Translations under genes and position numbers: made by a program
From: a virus
Taxonomy: Duplodnaviria > Heunggongvirae > Uroviricota > Caudoviricetes
Length of the DNA stretch: 64,000 nucleotides
Reading direction: 5' to 3' (one strand)
Virus record (IMG/VR): IMGVR_UViG_2974697560_000001
Notes under the pieces: model-generated
Databases searched by the model: none
Told to the model about the DNA's origin: nothing
Seen by the model: only the letters and a program-made list of their open reading frames with translations
Shown here: positions 35,590-44,305 of the stretch, piece by piece
Layout: every line of letters begins with the position of its first letter
Numbering within the stretch: position 1 is the first letter of the stretch

Positions 35590-35658
35590 TGCAGATTAGT
35601 GAAACGGTATCACGCTGGGCTCATAATCCAGAATTCCTGTTCGAATCAGGGTCTGCCC
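35590..35658 (+). tRNA. tRNA with CAT anticodon (Met or Ile2-type), unpaired position 1-72 and 4-bp T stem
   Basis: acceptor TGCAGAT/GTCTGCC (T1.C72 mismatch), D GTGA-AACGGTA-TCAC, anticodon arm CTGGG-CTCATAA-TCCAG, T CCTG-TTCGAAT-CAGG. Confidence 0.5.
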
Positions 35659-35703
35659 CCACGTAACAACAAAACAATCAATGTAAGACAACAAGGAGAT
35701 AAA

Positions 35704-35835
35704 ATGCCTGGTCCTCTTTCTACCCCTGGTGCCATCAAGCGTCCGACTGTCGCTGAGCAGATGAAGCGTGTTGCGGACCTGATGAAGGGTAAGGCTCCGC
35801 GTACTGGCAAGACCGCAAAGAAGCACGGTCGCTGA
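35704..35835 (+). CDS. small basic protein
   Basis: 43 aa; aaggag RBS. Confidence 0.4.
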   Translation: MPGPLSTPGAIKRPTVAEQMKRVADLMKGKAPRTGKTAKKHGR

Positions 35836-35850
35836 CCTCTCGGAGGTTAA

Positions 35851-36024
35851 ATGGCAAAGCGAGAGCAGGTTGGAACGGCCTTCTCTGTAGCTGAGAAAGA
35901 CAGGGTAAAGAAGAGTCTAGAAGACCTTCTAAAAGCCCGGAAGGCGAAGGGAAGGCTAGAAGTAAAGCACTTCACCAAAGGAAAGAATCAGCACCGCTGG
36001 GAATTCTGGTACGTGGAGGATTAA
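35851..36024 (+). CDS. small hypothetical protein
   Basis: 57 aa; ggagg RBS. Confidence 0.4.
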   Translation: MAKREQVGTAFSVAEKDRVKKSLEDLLKARKAKGRLEVKHFTKGKNQHRWEFWYVED

Positions 36025-36266
36025 TGGATTACACAATGGAAGATGTCCTGGCTGCTGTTGAAACTCTCGATGGCGTTCAGCCAAGCTACTACCGAGACAT
36101 CCTGGAACTTGGTCCCGATGGGACTGAGGCATACACAATCTACGGTGACGACCTTGGAAGCATGATTCATGCGATTCATGTTCTCAAGACTCACTTCGGA
36201 ATCGTGGGCAATGCTCCACGGTCAACAGGTCCGGTTGCTTCTCCCAATCGAACTGTGGTAGAGTAG
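36024..36266 (+). CDS. hypothetical protein
   Basis: ORF track 80 aa; TAATG coupling. Confidence 0.45.
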   Translation: MDYTMEDVLAAVETLDGVQPSYYRDILELGPDGTEAYTIYGDDLGSMIHAIHVLKTHFGIVGNAPRSTGPVASPNRTVVE

Positions 36267-36287
36267 GAGAAAGCCCTTCGGGGCAAT

Positions 36288-36369
36288 GCATGAGCGGCGA
36301 AGTTGGAGAGACGCGGTGGTCTGTAAAACCATTCCTTCGGGTGAGTCAGTTCGAATCTGACCTCATGCA
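36288..36369 (+). tRNA. tRNA-Tyr (GTA), class II
   Basis: acceptor GCATGAG/CTCATGC exact, D GCG-AAGTTGGAGAGA-CGC, anticodon arm GTGGT-CTGTAAA-ACCAT, long variable arm, T-arm GTCAG-TTCGAAT-CTGAC. Confidence 0.75.
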
Positions 36370-36425
36370 CGTACAGTATAATAGAAAGAAGAGGTTGTAG
36401 CAGCTCCTCTGGAAAAGCTGCCTAT

Positions 36426-36497
36426 GCATGTAAGCCAGGGATAAGCTAGGCGGGCCTGTAAAGCCCTACCTCGATGGTTCGAATCCGTCTACATGCA
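36426..36497 (+). tRNA. second GTA-anticodon tRNA with a class-I 5-nt variable arm
   Basis: acceptor GCATGTA/TACATGC exact, loop CTGTAAA, T-arm GATGG-TTCGAAT-CCGTC; D and anticodon stems each have a mismatch. Confidence 0.5.
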
Positions 36498-36499
36498 CG

Positions 36500-36571
36500 G
36501 TGACGTTGTTGTAATGGTGGCATAGAAGATTGTGACTCTTCCAGAGGCGGGTTCGATTCCCCCACGTCACA
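36500..36571 (+). tRNA. tRNA-His (GTG)
   Basis: acceptor GTGACGT/ACGTCAC exact with G at -1, anticodon arm GAAGA-TTGTGAC-TCTTC. Confidence 0.7.
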
Positions 36572-36639
36572 CTGGGTGGCTGTACGGCAAAAGGTCCGTA
36601 CGGTGTTATCTCTCCAAACTCCCATAAGGTTTGGCGCAA

Positions 36640-36711
36640 GGGCATGTAGCTCAGTTGGTAGAGCGTCGGTGTGAAGTACCGAGTGCGAGGGTTCGATTCC
36701 CTACTTGCCCA
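36640..36711 (+). tRNA. tRNA-Phe (GAA)
   Basis: acceptor GGGCATG/CTTGCCC (one mismatch), D GCTC-AGTTGGTA-GAGC, anticodon arm TCGGT-GTGAAGT-ACCGA. Confidence 0.7.
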
Positions 36712-36712
36712 C

Positions 36713-37042
36713 ATGAAAAGAATGAGAGTAGCAGCCAGTCTAGCTACTCTTCTCATTCTTGTTGGATGTGGTTCTAATCAAGACGAAGACAAGCTGACAA
36801 CAAAGGATAAGGCTTATGTGAAAGTCGTAAGAGAAGAGATTACTGGCGTCAAAGACATGAGTGACGAGAAGCTAGTAGCTTTGGCAATCACTGCTTGCGA
36901 AGTTTCCAGCAGTGGAGAGAATTTCTTCGAGACTGTCAGGAAGATTAGCAACTACAATCTAACCGAAAGTGATGCTTCTTATCTGACAGGAGCAGCGTTC
37001 GCAGCATATTGTCCAGAGAATGTTCAGAAAATAGGCCAGTGA
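36713..37042 (+). CDS. lipoprotein
   Basis: MKRMRVAASLATLLILVGCGSNQ signal peptide with lipobox. Confidence 0.55.
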   Translation: MKRMRVAASLATLLILVGCGSNQDEDKLTTKDKAYVKVVREEITGVKDMSDEKLVALAITACEVSSSGENFFETVRKISNYNLTESDASYLTGAAFAAYCPENVQKIGQ

Positions 37043-37043
37043 A

Positions 37044-37283
37044 ATGATGCAGATTGAGATACATTACTCCTTTGGAGAAGGTCCCTACGTAGTAGGTGGA
37101 GAGATTGATGAAATCCCCTTCGAGTTGAAGTATTACGAAGGAGAAGCGTATCTCGTAGTTCTGACAAAGGACTTTGTTCTGCGTACAGGTTGCGCTTACA
37201 GTCCATTTCTTGGTAAGCTTGACCATCTAATGACAGGCCAACTGATATTCAATCTGGCCAGGCAGATGAACGACAATCTGTGA
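37044..37283 (+). CDS. hypothetical protein
   Basis: ORF track 79 aa. Confidence 0.45.
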   Translation: MMQIEIHYSFGEGPYVVGGEIDEIPFELKYYEGEAYLVVLTKDFVLRTGCAYSPFLGKLDHLMTGQLIFNLARQMNDNL

Positions 37284-37419
37284 TATAATGTACTTGAGGT
37301 AGAAGCAGCGGGTGCTGCCGACAGTCTGCAAAACTGTTTGTATTTGGAGTTCAACTCTCCTCTATCTCTCTCCGAAAGGTAGGAGCCCTTTACCGAGGCC
37401 AATGACAATATCGGTTCTT

Positions 37420-37494
37420 GCCACCTTAGCTCATTTGGTGTAGAGCGACGCTCTTGTAAAGCGTAGGCGGTCGGTTCGAAACCGACAGGTGGCT
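37420..37494 (+). tRNA. tRNA-Thr (TGT)
   Basis: acceptor GCCACCT/AGGTGGC exact, D GCTC-ATTTGGTGTA-GAGC, anticodon arm ACGCT-CTTGTAA-AGCGT, T-arm GTCGG-TTCGAAA-CCGAC. Confidence 0.85.
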
Positions 37495-37586
37495 CAATGG
37501 GAAGATGTGCTGGGGAGAATGCAACCGAACCAGCCTCCATCAACTCAGGACGGTCTAGTACCTAGTTGCAGGGGAACGGCCTTTAT

Positions 37587-37659
37587 GCCTCGTTAGTGCT
37601 AATGGTTAACACATATCCTTGGTACGGATATAAAGAGAGTTCGATTCTCTCACGAGGCT
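37587..37659 (+). tRNA. tRNA-Thr (GGT)
   Basis: acceptor GCCTCGT/ACGAGGC exact, anticodon arm TATCC-TTGGTAC-GGATA, T-arm GAGAG-TTCGATT-CTCTC. Confidence 0.8.
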
Positions 37660-37818
37660 CGCTATGAATACACTAACTCTAAGGCTCAAGACCCTGTTCC
37701 TTAAGGCTAAGCCATACATTCCACTAGCTCTTGCTTGGTGGAAGTCACGCAAGAACAAGAAGTAAGGGGATTTCGACGGAGGCGACGAAATCTTAAACGA
37801 CCGTCCACCTCGGTGCCC

Positions 37819-37891
37819 AAACTTCTATCTCTCCATAGGCTAACTGGATAAACCAGAGTGCTACGAACGCTCAATTGTGGGTTCGAATCCC
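37819..37891 (+). tRNA. tRNA-Arg (ACG)
   Basis: acceptor CTCTCCA/TGGAGAG exact, anticodon arm GAGTG-CTACGAA-CGCTC, T-arm GTGGG-TTCGAAT-CCCGC. Confidence 0.75.
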
Positions 37892-37892
37892 G

Positions 37893-37918
37893 CTGGAGAG
37901 ACTGGCCCAAGTCAATAA
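37893..37918 (+). terminator. 10-bp stem hairpin GGCCCAAGTC-AATAA-GACTTGGGCC
   Basis: read directly after tRNA-Arg. Confidence 0.65.
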
Positions 37919-37954
37919 GACTTGGGCCTTAATTCATGTTGAAGGTGATTTAAC

Positions 37955-38188
37955 ATGCACGAAATTGACCGGTGGGAAGGAGAGGGTGGTCACTTGCATT
38001 ACGACCTAACTCATAGAGAACGATTGATGAAGATTCTCAAAGAGGCCGGTATTCGTTTCGAAGAAGATACATTTGGAGAGGAAGGAACAGACCAAGATAT
38101 AACTGTCTATCCGAACAACGATGAGAGAGTCTATTTCTCCTTTCATCCAGACGGATTCCTCAGCGATATCAACGTCTTTTATTCATGA
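37955..38188 (+). CDS. hypothetical protein
   Basis: ORF track 77 aa. Confidence 0.45.
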   Translation: MHEIDRWEGEGGHLHYDLTHRERLMKILKEAGIRFEEDTFGEEGTDQDITVYPNNDERVYFSFHPDGFLSDINVFYS

Positions 38189-38742
38189 AAACATTCTATG
38201 ACACAGAATTTTTGGAGACTGGGCCAGAGGAGCCTACTAGGTTCATCAGTCTAGGGGCTGTGCGTGAGGATGGTGAGGAGCTGTATCTCATCACTAACAA
38301 CCTCTACGTGCTCAACAGAGCAAATGAGAATGAGTGGATGAGGGAGAACGTCATCTCTCAGTTGCCAGTAAAGCAGGCGGCCTCTGGTGGCCTTGCTTGG
38401 GACACTCAGCATCCTGACTACGCAAGGGTACTTCCCAACGAAGCGATTGCTGGACTATGGAGAGATTTTGTTCTCGACTATGAGCCTCGCTACGAGTTTG
38501 ACACGCCAGAGCTATGGGCCTACTATGGAGCCTATGACCACTACGTGGCCAGCCAGCTCTTTGGTTGCATGAGGTTCTTGCCAGATGGCATGCCGATGTA
38601 TACTATGGACATCAAGCAGCGCTGGCACAATGAAGGTAAGCCTAGTCTGCCTCCACAAGAGGGCACGGAGCACAACGCTCTTGACGACGCCCGGTGGAAT
38701 AAGGTAGCATATGAGTACCTTGATGAGTACGCCAATCGGTGA
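38185..38742 (+). CDS. DnaQ-like (DEDDh) 3'-5' exonuclease
   Basis: FYDTEF Exo I-like motif; HNALDDARWNKVAYEYL Exo III-like motif. Confidence 0.6.
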   Translation: MKTFYDTEFLETGPEEPTRFISLGAVREDGEELYLITNNLYVLNRANENEWMRENVISQLPVKQAASGGLAWDTQHPDYARVLPNEAIAGLWRDFVLDYEPRYEFDTPELWAYYGAYDHYVASQLFGCMRFLPDGMPMYTMDIKQRWHNEGKPSLPPQEGTEHNALDDARWNKVAYEYLDEYANR

Positions 38743-38944
38743 CTCATCACCTGGGGATGCCTTGGTTTCGACTGGGGTGGATGACTTTAGTTTGCAGCCT
38801 GACATTGAGGAGATGTCATTAAAAAGCCTCAACCCTATAAATGCCAACTCTAAGTTCGCATTCGCTCTTGCTGCCTGACGGTAGCTGAGCGGGGCTAGTG
38901 GGCGGCCTGGCAACAGAATAGCCCACCACAAACTTTCTTGTAAC

Positions 38945-39018
38945 ACCCCTTGACACATGGCTGTGTATAGACTACTGTTTGAAGCATCAGGACGCGGGTT
39001 CGACTCCCGCCATCTCCA
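38945..39018 (+). tRNA. tRNA-like: T-arm GCGGG-TTCGACT-CCCGC plus a 3' tail, 5' acceptor unresolved
   Basis: orphan T-arm upstream of the next CDS. Confidence 0.2.
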
Positions 39019-39039
39019 CTTCCTATTAAGGAGTAAAAA

Positions 39040-39261
39040 ATGCCCAACTGGGCACGTCTCCCGAGTACACGTAAAGACGTTTCACTCGGATATCGCATGG
39101 GCTCAGCATTTGAGAATGGCTATGGAGACGAAGGCCCTCTGGCCAAGTTCCTTGCCATCGGTGGATGCTTTGGTGTAATCATCTTTGCCTTCCTGCTCGT
39201 GCTTGCAATTTTGGGCGGAGCAGGGTGGGGACTCTGGTACCTTGGAACCTTGGTGTTCTAA
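39040..39261 (+). CDS. small membrane protein
   Basis: C-terminal hydrophobic helix; taaggag RBS. Confidence 0.45.
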   Translation: MPNWARLPSTRKDVSLGYRMGSAFENGYGDEGPLAKFLAIGGCFGVIIFAFLLVLAILGGAGWGLWYLGTLVF

Positions 39262-39331
39262 TGGACTATGACACCCTTATGCAAAAATGGATGAAGGCAA
39301 TTCGAGACAAGAAAGGTTCTGTTACAGAATC

Positions 39332-39360
39332 TTGACACTTAACCTTCCATGCAGTACAGT
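39332..39360 (+). promoter_or_regulatory. promoter TTGACA-N17-TACAGT
   Basis: motif in a 240-nt intergenic region ahead of the NlpC/P60 gene. Confidence 0.45.
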
Positions 39361-39499
39361 TGAATGCACGTGAGCCTACCGACCTATTAAGGGGATTTAT
39401 CTCCCCAACAGAAAGAAAGCTCAAGCACAACTCAATAGGACAAAATTAGGATTCCCGATGAATACCTAGTTGCGTAGGCTCCACTAACATTGGAGTTAT

Positions 39500-39958
39500 A
39501 TGTATAAGTCAGCGATAGCTGCGATATTGGTCGCCTCAGCAATGGTTGTGGCAACACCATCACATGCCGAGGCAGCAACATTGAAGTCTAAGGCCCTGAG
39601 TGTCGCAAAGGCACAGAAGGGAGATAGGTACCAATATGGTGCAACAGGACCAAACGCTTTCGATTGCTCTGGTCTGACGTATTACTCATACAAAAAGTCC
39701 GGTAAGACAATCAAGCGCGTAGCTAATGACCAGTACAACGCTTCTAAGCACATCAGTGCAAGCGCTGCACAGCCAGGAGACCTTGTATTTTTCAAGTACA
39801 AGTCTGGTGGTAAGGTCTTTCACATGGGCATCGTGTCCAAGAAGGGGTACATGGTCCATGCAAACGCTGGTGGATACTATGGCAAAAAGGTAATTGAGGA
39901 GAAGATTGCTCCGTATTGGGGTAAGAACTATAGAGTCTACTACGGCTCTGTCAAGTAG
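39500..39958 (+). CDS. secreted NlpC/P60 peptidoglycan endopeptidase (candidate lysin)
   Basis: signal peptide MYKSAIAAILVASAMVVATPSHAEAA; YGATGPNAFDCSGLTYYSY catalytic motif. Confidence 0.75.
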   Translation: MYKSAIAAILVASAMVVATPSHAEAATLKSKALSVAKAQKGDRYQYGATGPNAFDCSGLTYYSYKKSGKTIKRVANDQYNASKHISASAAQPGDLVFFKYKSGGKVFHMGIVSKKGYMVHANAGGYYGKKVIEEKIAPYWGKNYRVYYGSVK

Positions 39959-39960
39959 GA

Positions 39961-40290
39961 GTGAAAATGGCTCGTGAGTACAAGATTTGGGTTGACGATG
40001 AGCGACCCGCACCAGACGAAACATGGACGAGGATGAAGAACAGCGTTGTTACTGTTCTCCTACTCAAGGCATTGAAGCGTCGTGGTCTTGTGCCACGGGC
40101 CATTTCTCTTGACCATGACCTTGGTTTGTCCAGGTCAACAGGGCTTGAGGACACGACTCGTCCTGTGGTACTGTGGATGTGTGAGCAGGAATTCTGGCCT
40201 GAGAAGGTCTACGTGCATACAGCAAACCCGGTAGGCCGTGAGTGGCTTGAGGGTATGGTAAATCACTACGGACCAGGAGTGTCCCGATGA
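39961..40290 (+). CDS. hypothetical protein
   Basis: ORF track 109 aa. Confidence 0.45.
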   Translation: MKMAREYKIWVDDERPAPDETWTRMKNSVVTVLLLKALKRRGLVPRAISLDHDLGLSRSTGLEDTTRPVVLWMCEQEFWPEKVYVHTANPVGREWLEGMVNHYGPGVSR

Positions 40291-40461
40291 GAACCTACGA
40301 AGCAGACGAGTGGACCCTTGAGATGGCTCTGTCACGAGCCATGGAGCACGATGGCTTGACGTACGGTGAGGTTGTTGCTATCCTGTTCCTTACACAGGGA
40401 TGGCCGGTAGACAACAACAATCCGGGCGTCTTCAAAAGTCTGATGCCAATCAAGGAGTAAG
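40288..40461 (+). CDS. small hypothetical protein
   Basis: 57 aa; ATGA overlap coupling. Confidence 0.35.
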
Positions 40462-40869
40462 ATGCGTACCAAAACAGCTATTAAGCTGGTGCGTAATCTC
40501 ACCCCGGAAGAATATCGCAAATGCCGTAGCCTGAACCTACGCTGGGGAGGCTACATGCAGGAGGAGCTGATGTTCGCCCGGCGTGGTGAGAGAGGTGATG
40601 CAAAGGCCGTGTTGATTACGGAGTCTGGAACTGATAGACTCATCGCATGGTCACTGCTTCTCCCCAAGGATGAGCAGATGATTGCTCATTACTACACTCG
40701 AAGGTCTTGCAGACGGCAGGGCTTCGGTGATAGACTGATGAAGTCAGTACAGAAAGTTGCGCCAAAGCCCATCGTGGTTCCTGGCGAAGACATCATGAGT
40801 CAGCGTTTCTTTGGTAAGCACAAGGAAAACCTGACCATCACAAACGTTTACTCACTCTACGAAAGTTGA
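40462..40869 (+). CDS. GNAT-family N-acetyltransferase
   Basis: RRSCRRQGFGDRLM matches the R/Q-x-x-G-x-G/A CoA-binding motif. Confidence 0.55.
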   Translation: MRTKTAIKLVRNLTPEEYRKCRSLNLRWGGYMQEELMFARRGERGDAKAVLITESGTDRLIAWSLLLPKDEQMIAHYYTRRSCRRQGFGDRLMKSVQKVAPKPIVVPGEDIMSQRFFGKHKENLTITNVYSLYES

Positions 40870-41093
40870 TAATCATGGCTGCTAAGACCAAGGCGTTCGA
40901 GCTTCGCAAGACCGACAAGGACAACACCTTCAACCTGTTCGTTCAGGGTCGATGGGTTGGTCTGGTCGAGACCAGCAAGGCTGCGAACCGAAAGACCAAC
41001 TTCCGCCTGCACGGTGGTCGTGGTAACTGGGAGGACGTTGTTGGTACTAAGAAGGACTTCGAGACCTTCGCCAAGGACAAGTTCACCAAGTGA
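40866..41093 (+). CDS. hypothetical protein
   Basis: ORF track 75 aa. Confidence 0.45.
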   Translation: MIIMAAKTKAFELRKTDKDNTFNLFVQGRWVGLVETSKAANRKTNFRLHGGRGNWEDVVGTKKDFETFAKDKFTK

Positions 41094-41114
41094 GGCCCGG
41101 CCCGAAAGGGTCAT

Positions 41115-41189
41115 TGTCACGTAATTCAATCAGGCAGAATCAATGCTCTTGGCCAGGGTAGGTTAGAGGTTCAAATCCTCTCGTGACAG
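41115..41189 (+). tRNA. tRNA-like, 75 nt, with a 3-nt spacer before the anticodon stem; possible anticodon GGC
   Basis: acceptor TGTCACG/CGTGACA exact, D ATTC-AATCAGGCA-GAAT, TGCTC-TTGGCCA-GGGTA, T-arm AGAGG-TTCAAAT-CCTCT. Confidence 0.35.
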
Positions 41190-41267
41190 CAAGTTAATTA
41201 GACTTCATAATCTCCTTCCTGCTATACTGATAGCGCCTAATCCATCAGAGGCAGGAGGATTGATTAA

Positions 41268-41699
41268 ATGGATTTTGTAGAACATCTGGGCTACCAATAC
41301 CTTACTGACCTTCTGACGGAAATCCGCGTAGGCCAGCAGGGATTGGAGGAACAAATGGCAGACCTAACAACTGAGGTTGCAAACCTCCGTGAGGCAGTAA
41401 GCGGTGTCAGCGCACGTGTTGATGCACTTGTTGGACCACTTACGGATGCCGTTAGAGAGGCACAGGATGCCCTTGCAGCAGAGCGTGAAGCAGCAGCAAA
41501 TCTAGCAGCAGCAGAAGATGCTGAGGACGTTGAGCAGAACCGTCAGCTAGACGAAGCAAAGGCAGCTACAGACGCAGCTCTAGCAAACGCTCAGAGCGCA
41601 GCAGATGAAATCAGCAATGAGACTGCACGTCTAAACTCTATTGCAAAGCCAGCCGAGGAGCCAACTCCAGAGCCAACAGAGCCACCAGTCGAAGGCTAA
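41268..41699 (+). CDS. Ala-rich coiled-coil protein
   Basis: ORF track 143 aa; ggagg RBS. Confidence 0.45.
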   Translation: MDFVEHLGYQYLTDLLTEIRVGQQGLEEQMADLTTEVANLREAVSGVSARVDALVGPLTDAVREAQDALAAEREAAANLAAAEDAEDVEQNRQLDEAKAATDAALANAQSAADEISNETARLNSIAKPAEEPTPEPTEPPVEG

Positions 41700-41750
41700 T
41701 ATTCGACTATTGACAACCAGCTTAGCTCCACGTTAGGCTGGTTGTCGCAT

Positions 41751-41884
41751 GCCGGGGAAGTTCTTTGGTAAGAACAGTCTCTCTATAGTGTTCATTTGAC
41801 TGTGCACGGTCTCTTGACACCTCCTAGTAGCGCTGCTAGGATGACAGAGTAGAAAGGTTGGAGGTTCGATTCCTCCCTCTGGCA
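41751..41884 (+). tRNA. interrupted tRNA-like gene: canonical 5' acceptor + D arm, an insert of about 80 nt containing a promoter-like motif, then T-arm + 3' acceptor
   Basis: GCCGGGG-AA-GTTC-TTTGGTAA-GAAC ... GGAGG-TTCGATT-CCTCC-CTCTGGC; acceptor pairs 7 of 7 with two G-U. Confidence 0.3.
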
Positions 41885-41941
41885 CTTAAGACTTGGCCCC
41901 AAGAGGCAACCGATGGTCACCGGGATGCATACCGCCCATTG

Positions 41942-42023
41942 GACCTTATCTAGGTACCACGTCTATGCAATCGACGGATTGAGCACATAGACAATGGGGT
42001 AGGTTCAAATCCTACTGGGGTCC
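41942..42023 (+). tRNA. tRNA-like, 82 nt: paired acceptor and T-arm, with an internal 7-bp hairpin instead of canonical D/anticodon arms
   Basis: acceptor GACCTTA/TGGGGTC, T-arm GTAGG-TTCAAAT-CCTAC. Confidence 0.25.
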
Positions 42024-42120
42024 ACTATGTTGGAAACTATTCATTCGAAGAGTGGAAGGAGCGTAATGATTTACGACCCTGGTTAGTGTAACTACACTAA
42101 CTTTGAAGGAGTGAATTATT

Positions 42121-42408
42121 ATGGCAACTGGCAAGGAGCGCGGCTACAAGGACTGGAAGCTTTCCAAGAACTTCAAGCGCAGCGCTCGCAACTACACTGA
42201 GTCCGACACCATCAACCGTGGTCGCAAGAAGAAGAACACGCGCAAGTGGTGCAAGGGCGTTGAGGGGCGTAAGCACACTCTCGCGCTTTACAACAAGTAT
42301 TCCTGGAGTCACAGCCACAAGTGTGTTAAGTGTGGCAAGGAAATCTGGGGACCTGTAAACCGCGATGAGTTCGACTTCGTTCCCATGCGTTGGGAAGACT
42401 TTCACTGA
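42121..42408 (+). CDS. hypothetical Cys/His-containing protein
   Basis: ORF track 95 aa; ggag RBS. Confidence 0.45.
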   Translation: MATGKERGYKDWKLSKNFKRSARNYTESDTINRGRKKKNTRKWCKGVEGRKHTLALYNKYSWSHSHKCVKCGKEIWGPVNRDEFDFVPMRWEDFH

Positions 42409-42593
42409 TGCAACTCAAGATGTACGCGATTGCCTGTGACCAAGCAGAAGCTATTAAAAACTGCTACACAGGCAAATACACAAATCAACCATTCTGGCCA
42501 GAGCATAAGACTCTGGTACCATATCTAGAAAAGGCCAAGGAAGAGAATCCTGGCCTTCCACTAAAAATCTTTGTGATTAAGGTGAGTGGATAA
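42390..42593 (+). CDS. hypothetical protein
   Basis: ORF track 67 aa. Confidence 0.4.
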   Translation: MGRLSLMQLKMYAIACDQAEAIKNCYTGKYTNQPFWPEHKTLVPYLEKAKEENPGLPLKIFVIKVSG

Positions 42594-42855
42594 ATTGGCC
42601 GGAAACAAGAACAGCCGTAAGAAGTGGCTTTGCCTTGACTGTGGTGTTGACACTGGCAGGATTGGCGAACACTTCTTTCTCGACATGAGCGTCTGGTCCT
42701 TGACAGGACTTGGACACGAAGGTATGCTCTGTGTAGAGCACGTTGAGAAGAGAATCGGCAGGCGTCTTGTTCCGGCCGATTTTACGTCCGCCTACATCAA
42801 CCGCTTGAACTTCGGGTTCAAGTCTGATAGGCTCATCGAGAGGATGAAGGGATGA
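42586..42855 (+). CDS. hypothetical Cys/His-rich protein
   Basis: ORF track 89 aa. Confidence 0.4.
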   Translation: MDKLAGNKNSRKKWLCLDCGVDTGRIGEHFFLDMSVWSLTGLGHEGMLCVEHVEKRIGRRLVPADFTSAYINRLNFGFKSDRLIERMKG

Positions 42856-43025
42856 GACACAGTCCACACTGCACCTTCCCAGGTTGCAAGGGTGACTGTC
42901 TAATCACCATCACGATTGACCCACGCTGTCTGAAAGCTCTGCTAGACTTGAACAGAAGCAGAATCAAGACCGGTACAGTGGGAGAAGCATACGCACTTCG
43001 TACTCTGCGAGATGCGGTAAAGTAA
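42852..43025 (+). CDS. small hypothetical protein
   Basis: 57 aa; ATGA overlap coupling. Confidence 0.35.
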   Translation: MRHSPHCTFPGCKGDCLITITIDPRCLKALLDLNRSRIKTGTVGEAYALRTLRDAVK

Positions 43026-43041
43026 CTAACAAGGAGGACCG

Positions 43042-44142
43042 ATGAAGTTCACCAAGATTTTCTCTCAGGACTTGCTTGACCAGATGGTCAACGAGGGCTT
43101 TGTTCGGGTGCAGACTCATCCGGTTCTCCCTCTGCGAATCCTGAACTACTCCGAGAAGGCGCAGTTCGCTGGCAAGTGGAACGCATGTACGCTTGCTTGT
43201 CGTGGCCTTATCATTGACGAGTTTGACAACGTCATTGCTCGTCCGTTTGAGAAGTTCTTCAACATGGGGGACTCTCATGCTGCTGACATTGACTGGAACG
43301 CTCCGGTTGAGGTTACGGACAAGAAGGACGGCTCTATGGGCATCCTTTACTCCGTAATGCCTTACAGTGACGCGATTCCGCCTTACGGATTCCAGTACGG
43401 AATTGCTACGCGAGGCTCTTTCCAGTCTGACCAGGCAATCCACGCCACGAAGCTGTGGCTGGAGCGCTACAAGAACACTGCCGTCCCTCACGACTGGACG
43501 TTCATTTTCGAGATTGTCTACCCTGACAACCGAATCGTCCTGGACTACGGGGACATGGATGACCTTATCCTTCTGGGTGCGGTAAACAAGGAGCACGGCT
43601 ACGTGTATGGTCCTCGTGAGGCTTCGGTTTTGCTGGATTGGCAGGGGCCGGTGACCGAGGTGTTTGATTACAAGAACATTCACGAGGCTGTTGGTGCGGA
43701 CTACCGTCCCAACGCTGAGGGTCTTGTAATCCGCTCTGGCTCTAAGATGGTCAAGCTAAAGCAGGCTGACTATGTTGAGCTGCACCGACTGATTTCAATG
43801 CTTTCAGAGCGCTCTGTATGGAGTCAGCTCACTGAGGGCAAGACGATTCTGGAGATTTGTGAGGCTCTGCCTGACGAGTTCCACCAGTTCGTCAAGGATG
43901 TCGGTGGCAAGCTGCTCAGCGACTACGAGGAGATTGAAATTAAGGTGCGTGGAATCTTCCACAACCTTCTTTCCTCAATGGATGAGGGCTTCACACGACG
44001 TGACTTCGCAATGAAGGCCAACGGTGTGGACCTCTACCGTAGCCACATGTTCAACCTGCTTGACGGCAAGAGCATCGATGAGCTAATCTGGAAGCAGCTC
44101 AAGCCCGCTGCAAAGACGGAGGATGGCTACCCTGTTGGGTAG
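43042..44142 (+). CDS. RNA ligase, T4 Rnl1 (RnlA)-like
   Basis: CRGLIIDEFDNVIARPFEKFFNMGD aligns to the Rnl1 N-terminal signature; TDKKDGSMG is a KxDG adenylation motif; 366 aa. Confidence 0.8.
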   Translation: MKFTKIFSQDLLDQMVNEGFVRVQTHPVLPLRILNYSEKAQFAGKWNACTLACRGLIIDEFDNVIARPFEKFFNMGDSHAADIDWNAPVEVTDKKDGSMGILYSVMPYSDAIPPYGFQYGIATRGSFQSDQAIHATKLWLERYKNTAVPHDWTFIFEIVYPDNRIVLDYGDMDDLILLGAVNKEHGYVYGPREASVLLDWQGPVTEVFDYKNIHEAVGADYRPNAEGLVIRSGSKMVKLKQADYVELHRLISMLSERSVWSQLTEGKTILEICEALPDEFHQFVKDVGGKLLSDYEEIEIKVRGIFHNLLSSMDEGFTRRDFAMKANGVDLYRSHMFNLLDGKSIDELIWKQLKPAAKTEDGYPVG

Positions 44143-44305
44143 CCTCCCATAACAAGGAGAATAAATTGTCTGACGCCACTCGCACTGCCGATGAGGCTGT
44201 TTCAAATGCTAAGCTCATTGGCATGGCTGTTTGGTCTTGGCTGAGTTCCCATCCTGCGGTTCTCGCCATTCTGTTCTTCGTACTTGGCTTCATGATTGGC
44301 TAAGC

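Noticed and set aside
13458-37910. Numerous minus-strand ORFs of 60-115 aa (e.g. 13458..13646, 14768..15037, 28367..28570, 33443..33679, 36466..36756, 37196..37543) with GFEP/GIEP/RESNP motifs
   Set aside because: They are read-through translations of the reverse complement of tRNA T-arms (GGTTCGAATCC gives G-F-E-P). They lie on top of plus-strand tRNAs and have no RBS.
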